Below, in pieces: positions 10,355 to 20,501 of a stretch of 64,000 nucleotides of DNA. A model generated the notes under the pieces. It was not told the DNA's origin. It worked only from the letters and a program-made list of their open reading frames with translations, and did no database searches. Position 1 is the first letter of the stretch. Each line of letters opens with the position of its first letter. This DNA comes from Trichormus sp. ATA11-4-KO1 (GTDB lineage Bacteria; Cyanobacteriota; Cyanobacteriia; Cyanobacteriales; Nostocaceae): NCBI GenBank assembly GCA_019358915.1, contig JAHHIM010000004.1:64001-128000 (forward strand), read 5' to 3'. The position numbers and the translations under genes are program-made.

Positions 10355-11059
10355 TTATCTATTTTGATTGGACAATAGGACTACAAGATTAGAAACCATA
10401 CCTAAAAATTTTGGTTCATACCAAGTTGCATTTATATCAAATTTAGTAAATTCTGCTGAAATATTAATTATTTTTAATAAATCCTTTTTAGATAATAGGT
10501 GCAGGTTATTTTCATTAGACCAAAAATTCATACCGATGAGTTTTAATATTCTGCGGTGCCAATATCTTGGGAGCCAGTGTAAAAGCGGAATTTTAGTATG
10601 AAATTCCAGCCAGTGATATCGATTTGGAGTAGTTATCAGTATGTTATTACTAATTTGAAGCAGATTGTTGATATATTGAATTTGTTGTTGTTCTGTCCCT
10701 ACGTGTTCAATGACAGCCGATGAAATTATGTAGTCTACTTTGTCTAAATTATTTTTTTCTGGAGGCCAAGAGATAACAGCTAGTCCTGGAAAAACTTTCT
10801 CTAGGTGACTAATGTCTTCTGGTGAAGTCGCATAAACGATTGCACCGTCTTCTGTTAACCATCGAATAAAACAATTGCTATCTTCTCTAACAGTATCTGG
10901 AGTTGAACCATGATCTAAAAATACTTGGTCTTCTACAGTACCAACTTGCTTTCTTAACCATACATACATCTTCCTTCTAGCTTGTAGTGCTGCTTTAATG
11001 TGTAATTTAGTAAAAGGAAGATTGCGTCCAAAATAATCTATACCACGTACTTCTGGCAT
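10355..11059 (-). CDS. Class I SAM-dependent methyltransferase-like protein
   Basis: FLDHGST (motif I-like), SSAVIEHVG, ITTPNR, EFHTKIPLLHWLP. Confidence 0.7.
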   Translation of the reverse strand: MPEVRGIDYFGRNLPFTKLHIKAALQARRKMYVWLRKQVGTVEDQVFLDHGSTPDTVREDSNCFIRWLTEDGAIVYATSPEDISHLEKVFPGLAVISWPPEKNNLDKVDYIISSAVIEHVGTEQQQIQYINNLLQISNNILITTPNRYHWLEFHTKIPLLHWLPRYWHRRILKLIGMNFWSNENNLHLLSKKDLLKIINISAEFTKFDINATWYEPKFLGMVSNLVVLLSNQNR

Positions 11060-11145
11060 TAAATACCCCTTTTAGATAATTTCATACAATAACTAATTAA
11101 TGTATGTGCTTAAATTTGCTAAAAATTAAGATCCCAAAGAAAAAA

Positions 11146-12309
11146 CTACTTAGGAACTTCATATGATCCTAATTTTTTCATTGACATTGCGGAAATAAAC
11201 AGAGATGAAAAGTCTATTTCAAAACCTATAATTACTATAGTTGCTGCAAAAGTAAACCATTCTGGATGAGGAAGCGGTAACAGATTAGAGCGCAGCCACT
11301 GTAAGGTAAGATATAGAAGAATTAAGCTGCCGCTAATAATCATACTTGTTCCGATAAATAAACCAGCTTCTAGATTAAAGAACTTATAAAACTTTCGTAG
11401 TAGAAAATTATCTTTATCAAAACGACGACTCCATGAATAGGTCTTGGCATGTAAACCTAAGCTTAAAATTTCAAACCCAACCACACTGAATATGGTTGCA
11501 AATATACCTGTTACAACTCCGAGTGGTCTACCTTCATACTTCAAAAGTTCTGCTAAAACAGCAAAATGAATTAGCATACCAAGCGTTAGCAAAAACATAC
11601 CTGGATATATGAATAGTTTATTGGGAGCATATAGCAACATCATTCGCAAACTACGCCAACCATCACGGACTGTTCTTAGCTTAGACTCTCCCTTTCGCGG
11701 AGCTAATTGAATGGGAATCTCTTTAATCTTTAATTTAGCAAGCCCTGCATTTATCGCAAGTTCTAAGTTGAATTCCATACCTGGGCTGATGGGTTCAATT
11801 AACTCATAAGCTTCACGAGTAAAAGCACGAAATCCACAGTAAACATCTGTATATTTTGTGCCAAACAAACCATTAAGAATACCAGTGATTATGGGATTTC
11901 CTATTAATCGGTGCAGCAAGGGATTGTTTTCTAAACCTTTTTTCCCCAAAAATCGACTACCTGTGACAAAATCATAGTTTTCATTGATTAGAGCATCCAA
12001 AAATTTGGGAATTAAGTGAAAATCATAAGTATCATCAGCATCCCCCATAATAAAATATTTACCTCTTGCACCATTAAAACCCTTCAGATAAGCATTTCCA
12101 TAGCCTCTCAATGACTGATGTACAACTTGTACACCCATGCTTTCTGCTATTTCCACTGATTTATCTGTTGAACCGTTATCACAGACAATAATTTCACCAT
12201 CAATATCAGCCTGATTAAAAGTATTCTGAATTTTTTCAATACAAATGCCAATAGCAGCTTCTTCATTTAAGCAAGGCATTACTACAGAAACTAATGGAAT
12301 ATCTGACAT
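11146..12309 (-). CDS. GT2 polyprenol-phosphate glycosyltransferase (DPM1/GtrB-like) with C-terminal membrane helices
   Basis: MPCLNE, DNGSTD, MGDADDTYD, TDVYCGFRAF; hydrophobic C-terminus. Confidence 0.88.
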   Translation of the reverse strand: MSDIPLVSVVMPCLNEEAAIGICIEKIQNTFNQADIDGEIIVCDNGSTDKSVEIAESMGVQVVHQSLRGYGNAYLKGFNGARGKYFIMGDADDTYDFHLIPKFLDALINENYDFVTGSRFLGKKGLENNPLLHRLIGNPIITGILNGLFGTKYTDVYCGFRAFTREAYELIEPISPGMEFNLELAINAGLAKLKIKEIPIQLAPRKGESKLRTVRDGWRSLRMMLLYAPNKLFIYPGMFLLTLGMLIHFAVLAELLKYEGRPLGVVTGIFATIFSVVGFEILSLGLHAKTYSWSRRFDKDNFLLRKFYKFFNLEAGLFIGTSMIISGSLILLYLTLQWLRSNLLPLPHPEWFTFAATIVIIGFEIDFSSLFISAMSMKKLGSYEVPK

Positions 12310-12413
12310 AGTTTTAATCTATCCTTTTTGTAGAAAAAAATTAATGTTTATTTAGGAAATAAACAGAAATAGTACCTGATAATTTATATGTTAACCCAGG
12401 ATAATTAATTGGC

Positions 12414-14081
12414 TTATAATTGATTTGATTTTTTCCATTTATAAAATTTTTTAATCTTAAATATTTCATAGAAATATGACAGACCAATAGCTACATTCAT
12501 TAACAGCAATGGCACGATGTTCCACAAATATCGGAAGCTTCCTGGAAAACTAGTTGTGTCAATATAAGCAACAAGTGTTATTCGGAGAATGATGGTTAGT
12601 AATATTGATAGAATTACAATTAATGGTATTTTTCGTATTTTTTTTTCATAAATTACATCTTTAATATTACCTAATGTTAAACTAATTATTGATACTCCTA
12701 ATAGTACCGGGAAACAAAACTTATAGGCTTCAGATATCCAGTAAATAAATTTATCCTTTAATTGATTAACTGCAAAATTGCGATTTCCGATAAAATTAGA
12801 CGATTCCCTGGTTATTTTTTCATAAAACTGTTTTCGATGACTTAAATCTTGTTCTCCATTACTTAAATTAAGTATTAGAATTTCATTTATTAATCTCTGC
12901 GTTATGTTTCTAAAACTTTCTAAAAAAGGTTTTACATATTCATTACGGACTTCTATGCTAAGAGCTGGTAAGGTCAATATAGTATTATTGCATGAAAGTT
13001 TTCCAGATATACAAGCAGATTTAATTTCAGATGCTATTTGCTGGTAGAAAGCTTCCGTCTCAGGAGCCGATTTGTATTGACCAGTATAAGCAACAGCATC
13101 TCTTAATGCCCAAATAAACCATCCTCCAGCGTAGTCATCACAAACACTTACGGTTTGGCAACCAGGAATGAACCATTGCTTTCCTAGATGTTCTTGTTCT
13201 AAATATGTCGATAGCCTTTTGAAACTTGGACTCACATTATAAATTTTAAATCTAGTTTCTTCTGGAACAGGTACGAAGCGTTTCCATGTTTCATGCTTAA
13301 CATTAGTAATTTGGGCATAAGCAGCTTTGATACCCGGTGATTTAAAATCATCAACAGCGAATATACCAAACTTGATATAATTTGTTAGAGAAATAAATAA
13401 AGTTATGAAAATCACTGGGATACAAACAAATAATACTGAAAATTGTAAATACTTCCATACAGTTCGCTGATTTAAGTGAGATTTAAATGCATTAATTAAT
13501 AACTGTATATATAAGATTACAATAGTCGGAATTATTAATATACCTTCAGGTCTTGTATTATAAAACCAAGCAAAACCTAATCCTAAATTCAAAGACCATA
13601 ATAAAAAAAATTTAGATATGAAGGGCTGATTGAGTAAATGGATAAGACAAGATATGATGAAAAGGGTCAGAGGTAAATATAATGACTCTTGTACAGTTTC
13701 TCTATTCTGAAAAAATGATGCTGGTAAAAAAATATGTAATATTAAAAAAACGAATACAATAAATTTATTTTTATAATAATGATAGAAACTCCAAGCCAAG
13801 AAAAAACCAGATACTATATATAATAATTCTTGAGAAAATCGCAATGAAAAACCTAATATATAACTGAAGCAGATAAAAAATGCATATCCCGGTTGCCTCA
13901 TTAAAGTGTATTGATCATAATTAAAAGGAGCTTGAAAATCAAATATTTCCCAAGCCATCTGTACATATCTCAAGTTATCATGTCCACCATAGGAAGCCAC
14001 TATAGGTAAATGACTTGTTAACCACAATTTAATAATGGCTAGAATTAAGCATAATGACCAAACAGATTTCATTAATTTCAT
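12414..14081 (-). CDS. Polytopic membrane protein, probable GT-C fold glycosyltransferase
   Basis: Many TM segments; HD in the first loop, RQPGY, QESLY, TRPEG and a C-terminal RY, typical of GT-C proteins. Confidence 0.6.
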   Translation of the reverse strand: MKLMKSVWSLCLILAIIKLWLTSHLPIVASYGGHDNLRYVQMAWEIFDFQAPFNYDQYTLMRQPGYAFFICFSYILGFSLRFSQELLYIVSGFFLAWSFYHYYKNKFIVFVFLILHIFLPASFFQNRETVQESLYLPLTLFIISCLIHLLNQPFISKFFLLWSLNLGLGFAWFYNTRPEGILIIPTIVILYIQLLINAFKSHLNQRTVWKYLQFSVLFVCIPVIFITLFISLTNYIKFGIFAVDDFKSPGIKAAYAQITNVKHETWKRFVPVPEETRFKIYNVSPSFKRLSTYLEQEHLGKQWFIPGCQTVSVCDDYAGGWFIWALRDAVAYTGQYKSAPETEAFYQQIASEIKSACISGKLSCNNTILTLPALSIEVRNEYVKPFLESFRNITQRLINEILILNLSNGEQDLSHRKQFYEKITRESSNFIGNRNFAVNQLKDKFIYWISEAYKFCFPVLLGVSIISLTLGNIKDVIYEKKIRKIPLIVILSILLTIILRITLVAYIDTTSFPGSFRYLWNIVPLLLMNVAIGLSYFYEIFKIKKFYKWKKSNQL

Positions 14082-14219
14082 AAAAGTTAGGGATGTCTAT
14101 ACAATATTGAAAACGTTCAAATTTCATAAAAAATCTGTAAATTAATTACTATTTTTTTTGCTTTTTTAGTGCAAAATACAAACTCATTAATCAATTTTTG
14201 TCATCAGCATAAATGAAAT

Positions 14220-17200
14220 TTATATATTTGCTATTTTAATGCTGTAATCTTCACGTTTAGATGTCAAGTTTATACTATAACAAGGATCATATTCTATAAA
14301 CTTTTTCCACTTGTTCTGCATATACTCTGTTTCTTGAATAAATCTTGCTAGCTTTGCAGGTGTATCTTCACAACCTCTGCTCTTAGATTCATAGTGATAT
14401 AACATAACGTGTGGTAAATAGATGTTCCTGTAACCTTCCTCAATAATTCTCAAACACAAATCAACATCATTAAATGCAACGGCAAGTTCTTCTGCAAAAC
14501 CTCCTACAGCTTCAAAAACTTCTCGTCTACACATTAAACAAGCTGCTGTCACAGCCGAATAATTATTCACAGTTAAGATTTGATCAAAGTATCCTGGTGA
14601 ATTGCCCGGATAATGTTTATGACTATGACCAGCAACGCCTCCAATACCCATGACTACGCCAGCATGTTGAATCGTGTTATCTGGATATAAAAGTAAAGCT
14701 CCAACCGCTCCTATAGATGGTCTTTGAGCTTGTTCAATCATTGCATCTATCCAGTCAGGAGTAATTACCTCAATGTCATTATTTAAAAACAAAAGGTAAT
14801 CTCCTTTGGCTTGATTAACAGCATAATTATTAATCTTGGAATAGTTAAAAGGTATATCAAGACGGTAGCAGCGAAACCTACTTGATTCCTTCTCTTGCCA
14901 CTTAGAAATAACCCTAGTTGTATTTTCTTCCTGACTCCCGTTATCTATAAGAATTACTTCGTAATTTGGATAAGTTGTTTTCTCAAAAATAGATGTGAGA
15001 CATTTGTCTAAAATATTGCCTAAGTCTCTTGTGGGGATGATAATACTGACAAGTTTATAATCTCTAATTGTATATCGAATTATGTAATGTCCAACAAGGC
15101 TTCCAGGCTGCGTAACCCGGCCATGTTCGCCTCTTCTAGCAAGAGCATCTGCTAATGCTTTTTCGGCTGCTATAACAGCATATGGTTTTTGATCGGGTTT
15201 ACTGGCAGCAGATTGAGGATGAATTCTCCAATGGTATAATATTTTAGGTATATGAAAAATTTGTGTTGTTTTTTCTGTTAACCTCAAAACCAAATCATAG
15301 TCCTGACTTCCCTCATAACCTATTCTAAAACCCCCAATTTTTTTTACTAATTCTCTCCGATAGGTTCCTAGATGGCAGGTATACATGCGAGATAAAAATG
15401 AGTCAGGACACCAGTCAGGTTTAAAGAAGGGGTCTTGGAGTCTACCATGTTCATTAATTTTATCTTCATCAGAATAAATCATATCTGCATCTGGATGCTT
15501 ATTTAGCAATAGAGCAGTTTCATACAGAGCATCTGGAGTCAGAATATCGTCATGATCAAGTAAAGTAACAAATTCACCAGTGGCAATTTCTAGCGCTGAG
15601 TTAGAACAACGCGAAATATGACCATTTTCATTTCTAAAAACAACTTTTATTCGGGAATCTTTCGATGAGTACTCCTTTAAAATTTCTCTAACCTGATTGT
15701 CCGTAGAAGCATCATCAGCAATACATAATTCCCAGTAGGGATAAACCTGATTTAATACAGAGTCAATAGCTTCTTTCAAGTAATTTGAAGGAGTATTGAA
15801 AACAGGCATAACAATACTAATGACAGGCTTGTAAGGCAATAAATCTACCTTTTCAACCATTTTTTGTAAGGCATCCGGAGTAGGGTAGTTTATGTTCAGC
15901 CATTGCTGATAGTTAGCATCATTAGCGTGAGGAATATCTTGCACTACTAAAGCAGGTTGTGACGCATTATCAAACTTGAGAAAAGTTTTTTTTAGTAATT
16001 TGTTGAAGGAGTAGCGGAATCCCTTTACTCTAAAAATAGCCCACAAGTATTTTGCCCGCGACAATAAACTTCTGTTCAAAGGAAGATGATGATCGGCTAA
16101 ACCAATAGCACTTCTGAATTTAAACCATATTATTCGCATCCGCCAAAATTTACTACTTTCCATTGCTGTGATAGTATTCTGCGAGTGCAATAATTCCGAT
16201 TTTATAGTTTGTAGTTGGGATTGTAGTTTTTCTACTTCTATTATTGAAAATTGCTGTAAAACAGTTTGCTGTTCTGTTTGCATATGTTGCAATTGCCAAC
16301 GAATTTCCTCTAGTTCATTTTCGGTTTGTTGCAGTTGAAATTGCGATCGCTCGAATTCTGTTTCGGTTTGTTGTAGTTGGAATTGCGATCGCTCGAATTC
16401 TGTTTCGGTTTGTTGTAGTTGGAACTGCGATCGCGCTAACTCCGTTTCAGTTTGTTGCAGTTGAGATTGTAACCGCGCTAACTCCGCCTCAGTTTGCTGT
16501 ATTTGCAACTGCGATTGCTCTAATTCTCTTTTGGAATGATTACTAATTTTGTAAACATCAAGCCAATCTTGTAGCACCCAGTCTCTAAAAGAAATGTCAG
16601 TTTCCAACACATTTAAATTCACTGACTGGTATTTTATATCAGCTAGATTGTTCAACTCATTATATAATTCCACTGCTTCTGGAAAAAACTTTTTAATTAG
16701 CATCTGCCTGTGAGAGTTTGATGCTAAATTTTTCATCAATGATTTATCTACAATACCTTCATTAGGCTCATTCAGTTTGATGCCAAATTTCTGTTCACAT
16801 AATTTTGAAATAACAGTATGGTTTGCAATTATAGTATCAGTATTTAATAAAATAGTTTGCTCTGGAAACTGATGATAAAAATTTAGGATAATTTGGTTAT
16901 AGTGCATCCAAATTTGTAAAGCATATTTAGGATTACTAGAAAATATTACATCTCCCCGACGATATAAAGAATCGACTACTTCCCAAGGTGACCTATATGT
17001 AAATATAAAATATGCTTGCGGTAGTAAATTTCTCCACAAATCTAAGAAAAGAGTAGTACGTGGGTCTTTCCATCCCCAGTAATTTGTTGTTGAGTTTTCT
17101 GCTATTATTATTTTTGCTTTATCAAGCAATTGCTGTGGTGTCTGAATATTGTTTTGTATTGTCCATCCTTCCTGACTAATACCTTGAGAACGCAAAGCAT

Positions 17201-17384
17201 ATTCGTGAAAACCTACAAAATCTAGGTTTTCAAAATGACCTTTTGGATTACTAGGAGCTGCACCCATTAATCTTTCACCTATATGCACTCCTGCACTTTG
17301 CATCAATGATGCAGTGAGAGAAGTTCCAGAACGGTGCATTCCCGTAATTATGAAAATAGCAGATTCGTTCTCTTGATTTATCAT
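14220..17384 (-). CDS. Multidomain protein: sulfotransferase-like domain, coiled coil, two GT2 domains
   Basis: GMHRSGTS and WGWKDPR at the N-terminus; Q/E/L heptad repeats; GT2 motifs LLDHDD and GSQDYD, then LFLNND and AFNDVD. Confidence 0.88.
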   Translation of the reverse strand: MINQENESAIFIITGMHRSGTSLTASLMQSAGVHIGERLMGAAPSNPKGHFENLDFVGFHEYALRSQGISQEGWTIQNNIQTPQQLLDKAKIIIAENSTTNYWGWKDPRTTLFLDLWRNLLPQAYFIFTYRSPWEVVDSLYRRGDVIFSSNPKYALQIWMHYNQIILNFYHQFPEQTILLNTDTIIANHTVISKLCEQKFGIKLNEPNEGIVDKSLMKNLASNSHRQMLIKKFFPEAVELYNELNNLADIKYQSVNLNVLETDISFRDWVLQDWLDVYKISNHSKRELEQSQLQIQQTEAELARLQSQLQQTETELARSQFQLQQTETEFERSQFQLQQTETEFERSQFQLQQTENELEEIRWQLQHMQTEQQTVLQQFSIIEVEKLQSQLQTIKSELLHSQNTITAMESSKFWRMRIIWFKFRSAIGLADHHLPLNRSLLSRAKYLWAIFRVKGFRYSFNKLLKKTFLKFDNASQPALVVQDIPHANDANYQQWLNINYPTPDALQKMVEKVDLLPYKPVISIVMPVFNTPSNYLKEAIDSVLNQVYPYWELCIADDASTDNQVREILKEYSSKDSRIKVVFRNENGHISRCSNSALEIATGEFVTLLDHDDILTPDALYETALLLNKHPDADMIYSDEDKINEHGRLQDPFFKPDWCPDSFLSRMYTCHLGTYRRELVKKIGGFRIGYEGSQDYDLVLRLTEKTTQIFHIPKILYHWRIHPQSAASKPDQKPYAVIAAEKALADALARRGEHGRVTQPGSLVGHYIIRYTIRDYKLVSIIIPTRDLGNILDKCLTSIFEKTTYPNYEVILIDNGSQEENTTRVISKWQEKESSRFRCYRLDIPFNYSKINNYAVNQAKGDYLLFLNNDIEVITPDWIDAMIEQAQRPSIGAVGALLLYPDNTIQHAGVVMGIGGVAGHSHKHYPGNSPGYFDQILTVNNYSAVTAACLMCRREVFEAVGGFAEELAVAFNDVDLCLRIIEEGYRNIYLPHVMLYHYESKSRGCEDTPAKLARFIQETEYMQNKWKKFIEYDPCYSINLTSKREDYSIKIANI
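16310..16530. repeat. Intragenic 42-bp tandem repeat (~5 units) encoding 14-aa coiled-coil units
   Basis: GCGATCGC at 16343, 16385 and 16427 (42-bp spacing); degenerate copies at 16469 and 16511; protein unit QLQQTETEFERSQF. Confidence 0.9.
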
Positions 17385-17412
17385 AAGTTCCTTTCGTAAT
17401 TAATAAATTATT

Positions 17413-17982
17413 TTAATTAATATCAATAAGTTTTAAATGATGCAGATATTTCAGTATTTTTTCCACTGATTGATTGACATCTTCCTCATAAGTTTTAAGC
17501 ACAATATCAGGACTTACAGGAGCTTCATATGGTGAAGAAATTCCTGTAAATTCGGGAATTTCACCAGATATAGCTCTTTGATATAAACCTTTGGGATCTC
17601 TTTTTATGCACTCTTCTAAAGGACAATCTACATAAATTTCTATGAATTTTCCTAATGATTGTCTTAGCTGATTTCTTGTAGCATTGAAAGGAGAAATTAA
17701 AGCAACAATTGTATTAATACTATGTTTATTTAACAAACTACAAAGATAACCAACTCTCAAGACGTTAGTTTCTCTATCTTTTGGAGAAAAACCTAAATCA
17801 CTAGATAAATGTTTGCGAATTACATCTCCATCTAAGACCTCACAGGATACAGATAAATTATTTAAAGCTTTTGATAGTTCTGTAGCAATTGTAGATTTAC
17901 CTGCTCCAGACAGACCTGTCAACCAACAAGTAAAGCCTGTACTTACCAAGGTTTGATTTGGCTTTGTAACCTGATTTTCCAT
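17413..17982 (-). CDS. cysC: Adenylyl-sulfate (APS) kinase
   Basis: WLTGLSGAGKST, LDGDVIR, RDPKGLY, FTGISSPYEAP. Confidence 0.95.
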   Translation of the reverse strand: MENQVTKPNQTLVSTGFTCWLTGLSGAGKSTIATELSKALNNLSVSCEVLDGDVIRKHLSSDLGFSPKDRETNVLRVGYLCSLLNKHSINTIVALISPFNATRNQLRQSLGKFIEIYVDCPLEECIKRDPKGLYQRAISGEIPEFTGISSPYEAPVSPDIVLKTYEEDVNQSVEKILKYLHHLKLIDIN

Positions 17983-17984
17983 AG

Positions 17985-19382
17985 TTATTTTATTGATGAT
18001 GCTGACTTTGAATTTTGGTTATTCTTAGCAAAAGAGATATCAGGCTCTATACAAAAATCTATTATTCCTGTTGCCAAATTATCATTTTCTGGTTGAACTC
18101 GAAACATAGCAATATCTATATGTCTATCAAGGAATTGCTCACTACCATCTACATTTCCCACAACACCTGCATTTAAAAAATATACTCCAGGCTGAAGTAA
18201 ACAGTTGAATTTAAATTCAACTTCCACAATTGCGCCTTTATCTAAATATTCTATTGGTTGACATGTAGTATGAGAAACTGCTCCTCCTAGCTCCAAACCA
18301 CTTACAGTTTTAATTAACATTCCGAATCTAACTCGATAAGCTGTATTAATAAAACTAACTTGATACTTGTATATATATTTATGTCTTGCACACAGAATAT
18401 TAACTAACTTACCATCTAACGTTGTGATATGTGAATTTTCTATCTTAGCCCCACGAGATATATAAGATATTGTACTTTTGGGTATTAAATTGGGGTCATA
18501 TTGACTAAGAGATTCTTGTTTTTTAGTTTCCTGATGATTTTGTTTTTCTTCAATACCATGAAGAATAGATAAATTTTTTCCTTCATGAACAGAATGATAA
18601 TTATTCAAATCACGAATTTCTTGCTGAAGTCTTTCTAGCTGATCAGTTGGTGCGTATATGAGCTTTTGATACTTTGATACTACAATTTTTGGAGAGGCAG
18701 AAAGCAAAAGTTCTCCATGATGCATTAAAATTGCAGACTTGCATAGTTCCACAATAGAGGATGCTGAATGAGAAACAAATAAAATTGTTCCTCCTTGTTC
18801 TTGAATTGATTGAATTCGAGCAAAGCATTTACGTTGGAAAGCTTCGTCTCCAACAGAAAGAGCTTCATCAACAATCAAAATATCAGGAGTAGTGCTTGTT
18901 GCCACAGCAAATGCTAACCTAACAAACATACCGCTAGAATATGTTTTCACAGGTTGGTCAATAAAATCCCCAATATCTGCAAACGCAACAATATCATCAA
19001 ATTTAGCGATAATTTCTTCTTTTTTCAGTCCTAGTAATTGAGCATTAAAAAATATATTTTGCCTACCAGTAAACTCTAAATTAAAACCACTACCTAATTC
19101 TAATAATGCTGCGACTCGACCGTTAATTTGAATATCCCCGGTTGTAGGTGTAAGTGTCCCCGCAATAATTTGCAGTAAGGTACTTTTCCCAGAACCGTTT
19201 TTTCCCACAATTCCTATTGTCTGTCCTTTGTAAATATCAAAACTAATATCTTGCAGTGCCCAAAACGTATCTGCCCTACTTTTTCCAGGTAGCAAAATTT
19301 CCTTGAGTCGGTCTACCGGACGAGCATATCGCTTGTAGCATTTCGAGATATTTTTCAGTGAAATTGCAATTTCCTCACCCAT
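17985..19382 (-). CDS. wzt: ABC transporter ATPase Wzt with C-terminal carbohydrate-binding (Wzt_C) domain
   Basis: GKNGSGKST, YSSGM, DEALSVGD, VSH; ~150-aa beta-rich C-terminal extension (LQPGVYFLNAG). Confidence 0.93.
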   Translation of the reverse strand: MGEEIAISLKNISKCYKRYARPVDRLKEILLPGKSRADTFWALQDISFDIYKGQTIGIVGKNGSGKSTLLQIIAGTLTPTTGDIQINGRVAALLELGSGFNLEFTGRQNIFFNAQLLGLKKEEIIAKFDDIVAFADIGDFIDQPVKTYSSGMFVRLAFAVATSTTPDILIVDEALSVGDEAFQRKCFARIQSIQEQGGTILFVSHSASSIVELCKSAILMHHGELLLSASPKIVVSKYQKLIYAPTDQLERLQQEIRDLNNYHSVHEGKNLSILHGIEEKQNHQETKKQESLSQYDPNLIPKSTISYISRGAKIENSHITTLDGKLVNILCARHKYIYKYQVSFINTAYRVRFGMLIKTVSGLELGGAVSHTTCQPIEYLDKGAIVEVEFKFNCLLQPGVYFLNAGVVGNVDGSEQFLDRHIDIAMFRVQPENDNLATGIIDFCIEPDISFAKNNQNSKSASSIK

Positions 19383-19475
19383 ACCACAACACACTTACAA
19401 ATAACACATCATCACACACTGCATATTTCACATTACCACTAGGCTGATTTCAGACTATTTGGGCAGTGAAACTTT

Positions 19476-20321
19476 CTACAACACATCTGCAAAAGCTGGA
19501 CGCAAACGCCTGTAAACTGCAAATCCACAACAAAATATCACTACTGCGATCGCACTAGCAACCCCCCATTCCCCCCAATGCTGCACCTCCCCAACTAAAA
19601 TTAAATCACGATAAACTTCGGCGATCGCAGTCAAGGGATTTAACCAAAACACCCAATTACGCCAGGCTTCGGGAATTGCTGAAGCAGGATAAATAATTGG
19701 TGTTAAATACATCCAAATATTTAAAACTACTCCCAGTGTCTGCGGGATATCACGCAAAAAGACCGTTAATCCAGCAGCCAAATAACCCAAACCAGCCGTT
19801 AACAACAACTGCGTTAACCAGACTAAGGGTAACAGCGCTAACGTAGTATGTAAAGTATGAGCTTGTATCGCCACAAAAAAAATCAACGCCATTAAGCCAA
19901 AAGAACTTTCGATAAACGTTGATAAAATTGGCACTAAGGGCAACAAAGCCAAGGGAAATACCACCTTCTTGACTAAATTTGGCTGGCCTACCACTGAACC
20001 AGCAGACTGCATTAGTCCACCTGAAAAAGCAATCCAGGGAAGCAAACCAGCAAATAGCCACAATCCAAAGGTGAAATTACTTTCTGGCAGACTTGTGAGA
20101 GTTAGCTTAACTCTTAACACAATGGAAAATACATAGGTGTAAATCAGTAATTGTGATAGCTGATTTACCAAAGGCCAAAAATTGCCCAGAATAGAACCCT
20201 TATACCGCGCCTCTAAGTCTCGCCGTACTAGAGTTCTTAGTAAATCGAACTTAGCCCATAACTGCTCATTTATGGGCAGGATACGTCTCAGTGTCCCAGC
20301 CTTACGTACAGCGCGCCGCAT
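19476..20321 (-). CDS. wzm: ABC-2 permease Wzm
   Basis: RDLEARYKGSILG..W, KKVVFP, FLRD, YLTPIIYP, LNP, FADVL. Confidence 0.93.
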   Translation of the reverse strand: MRRAVRKAGTLRRILPINEQLWAKFDLLRTLVRRDLEARYKGSILGNFWPLVNQLSQLLIYTYVFSIVLRVKLTLTSLPESNFTFGLWLFAGLLPWIAFSGGLMQSAGSVVGQPNLVKKVVFPLALLPLVPILSTFIESSFGLMALIFFVAIQAHTLHTTLALLPLVWLTQLLLTAGLGYLAAGLTVFLRDIPQTLGVVLNIWMYLTPIIYPASAIPEAWRNWVFWLNPLTAIAEVYRDLILVGEVQHWGEWGVASAIAVVIFCCGFAVYRRLRPAFADVL

Positions 20322-20501
20322 TATTCGCACCAATTTCTACTCCTCATTCCCCACACACTTAATTGCCATCAATGAAGCTGACTATTTTATGAAAGTTCCC
20401 TTAGGTGATTTTTGGTATAAATCATAGATGTTACAGAGTATTTTAATTGCTAGTTATCTGCGTGATTATACAATGAATCAACTATATCTAAATATATTGG
20501 C

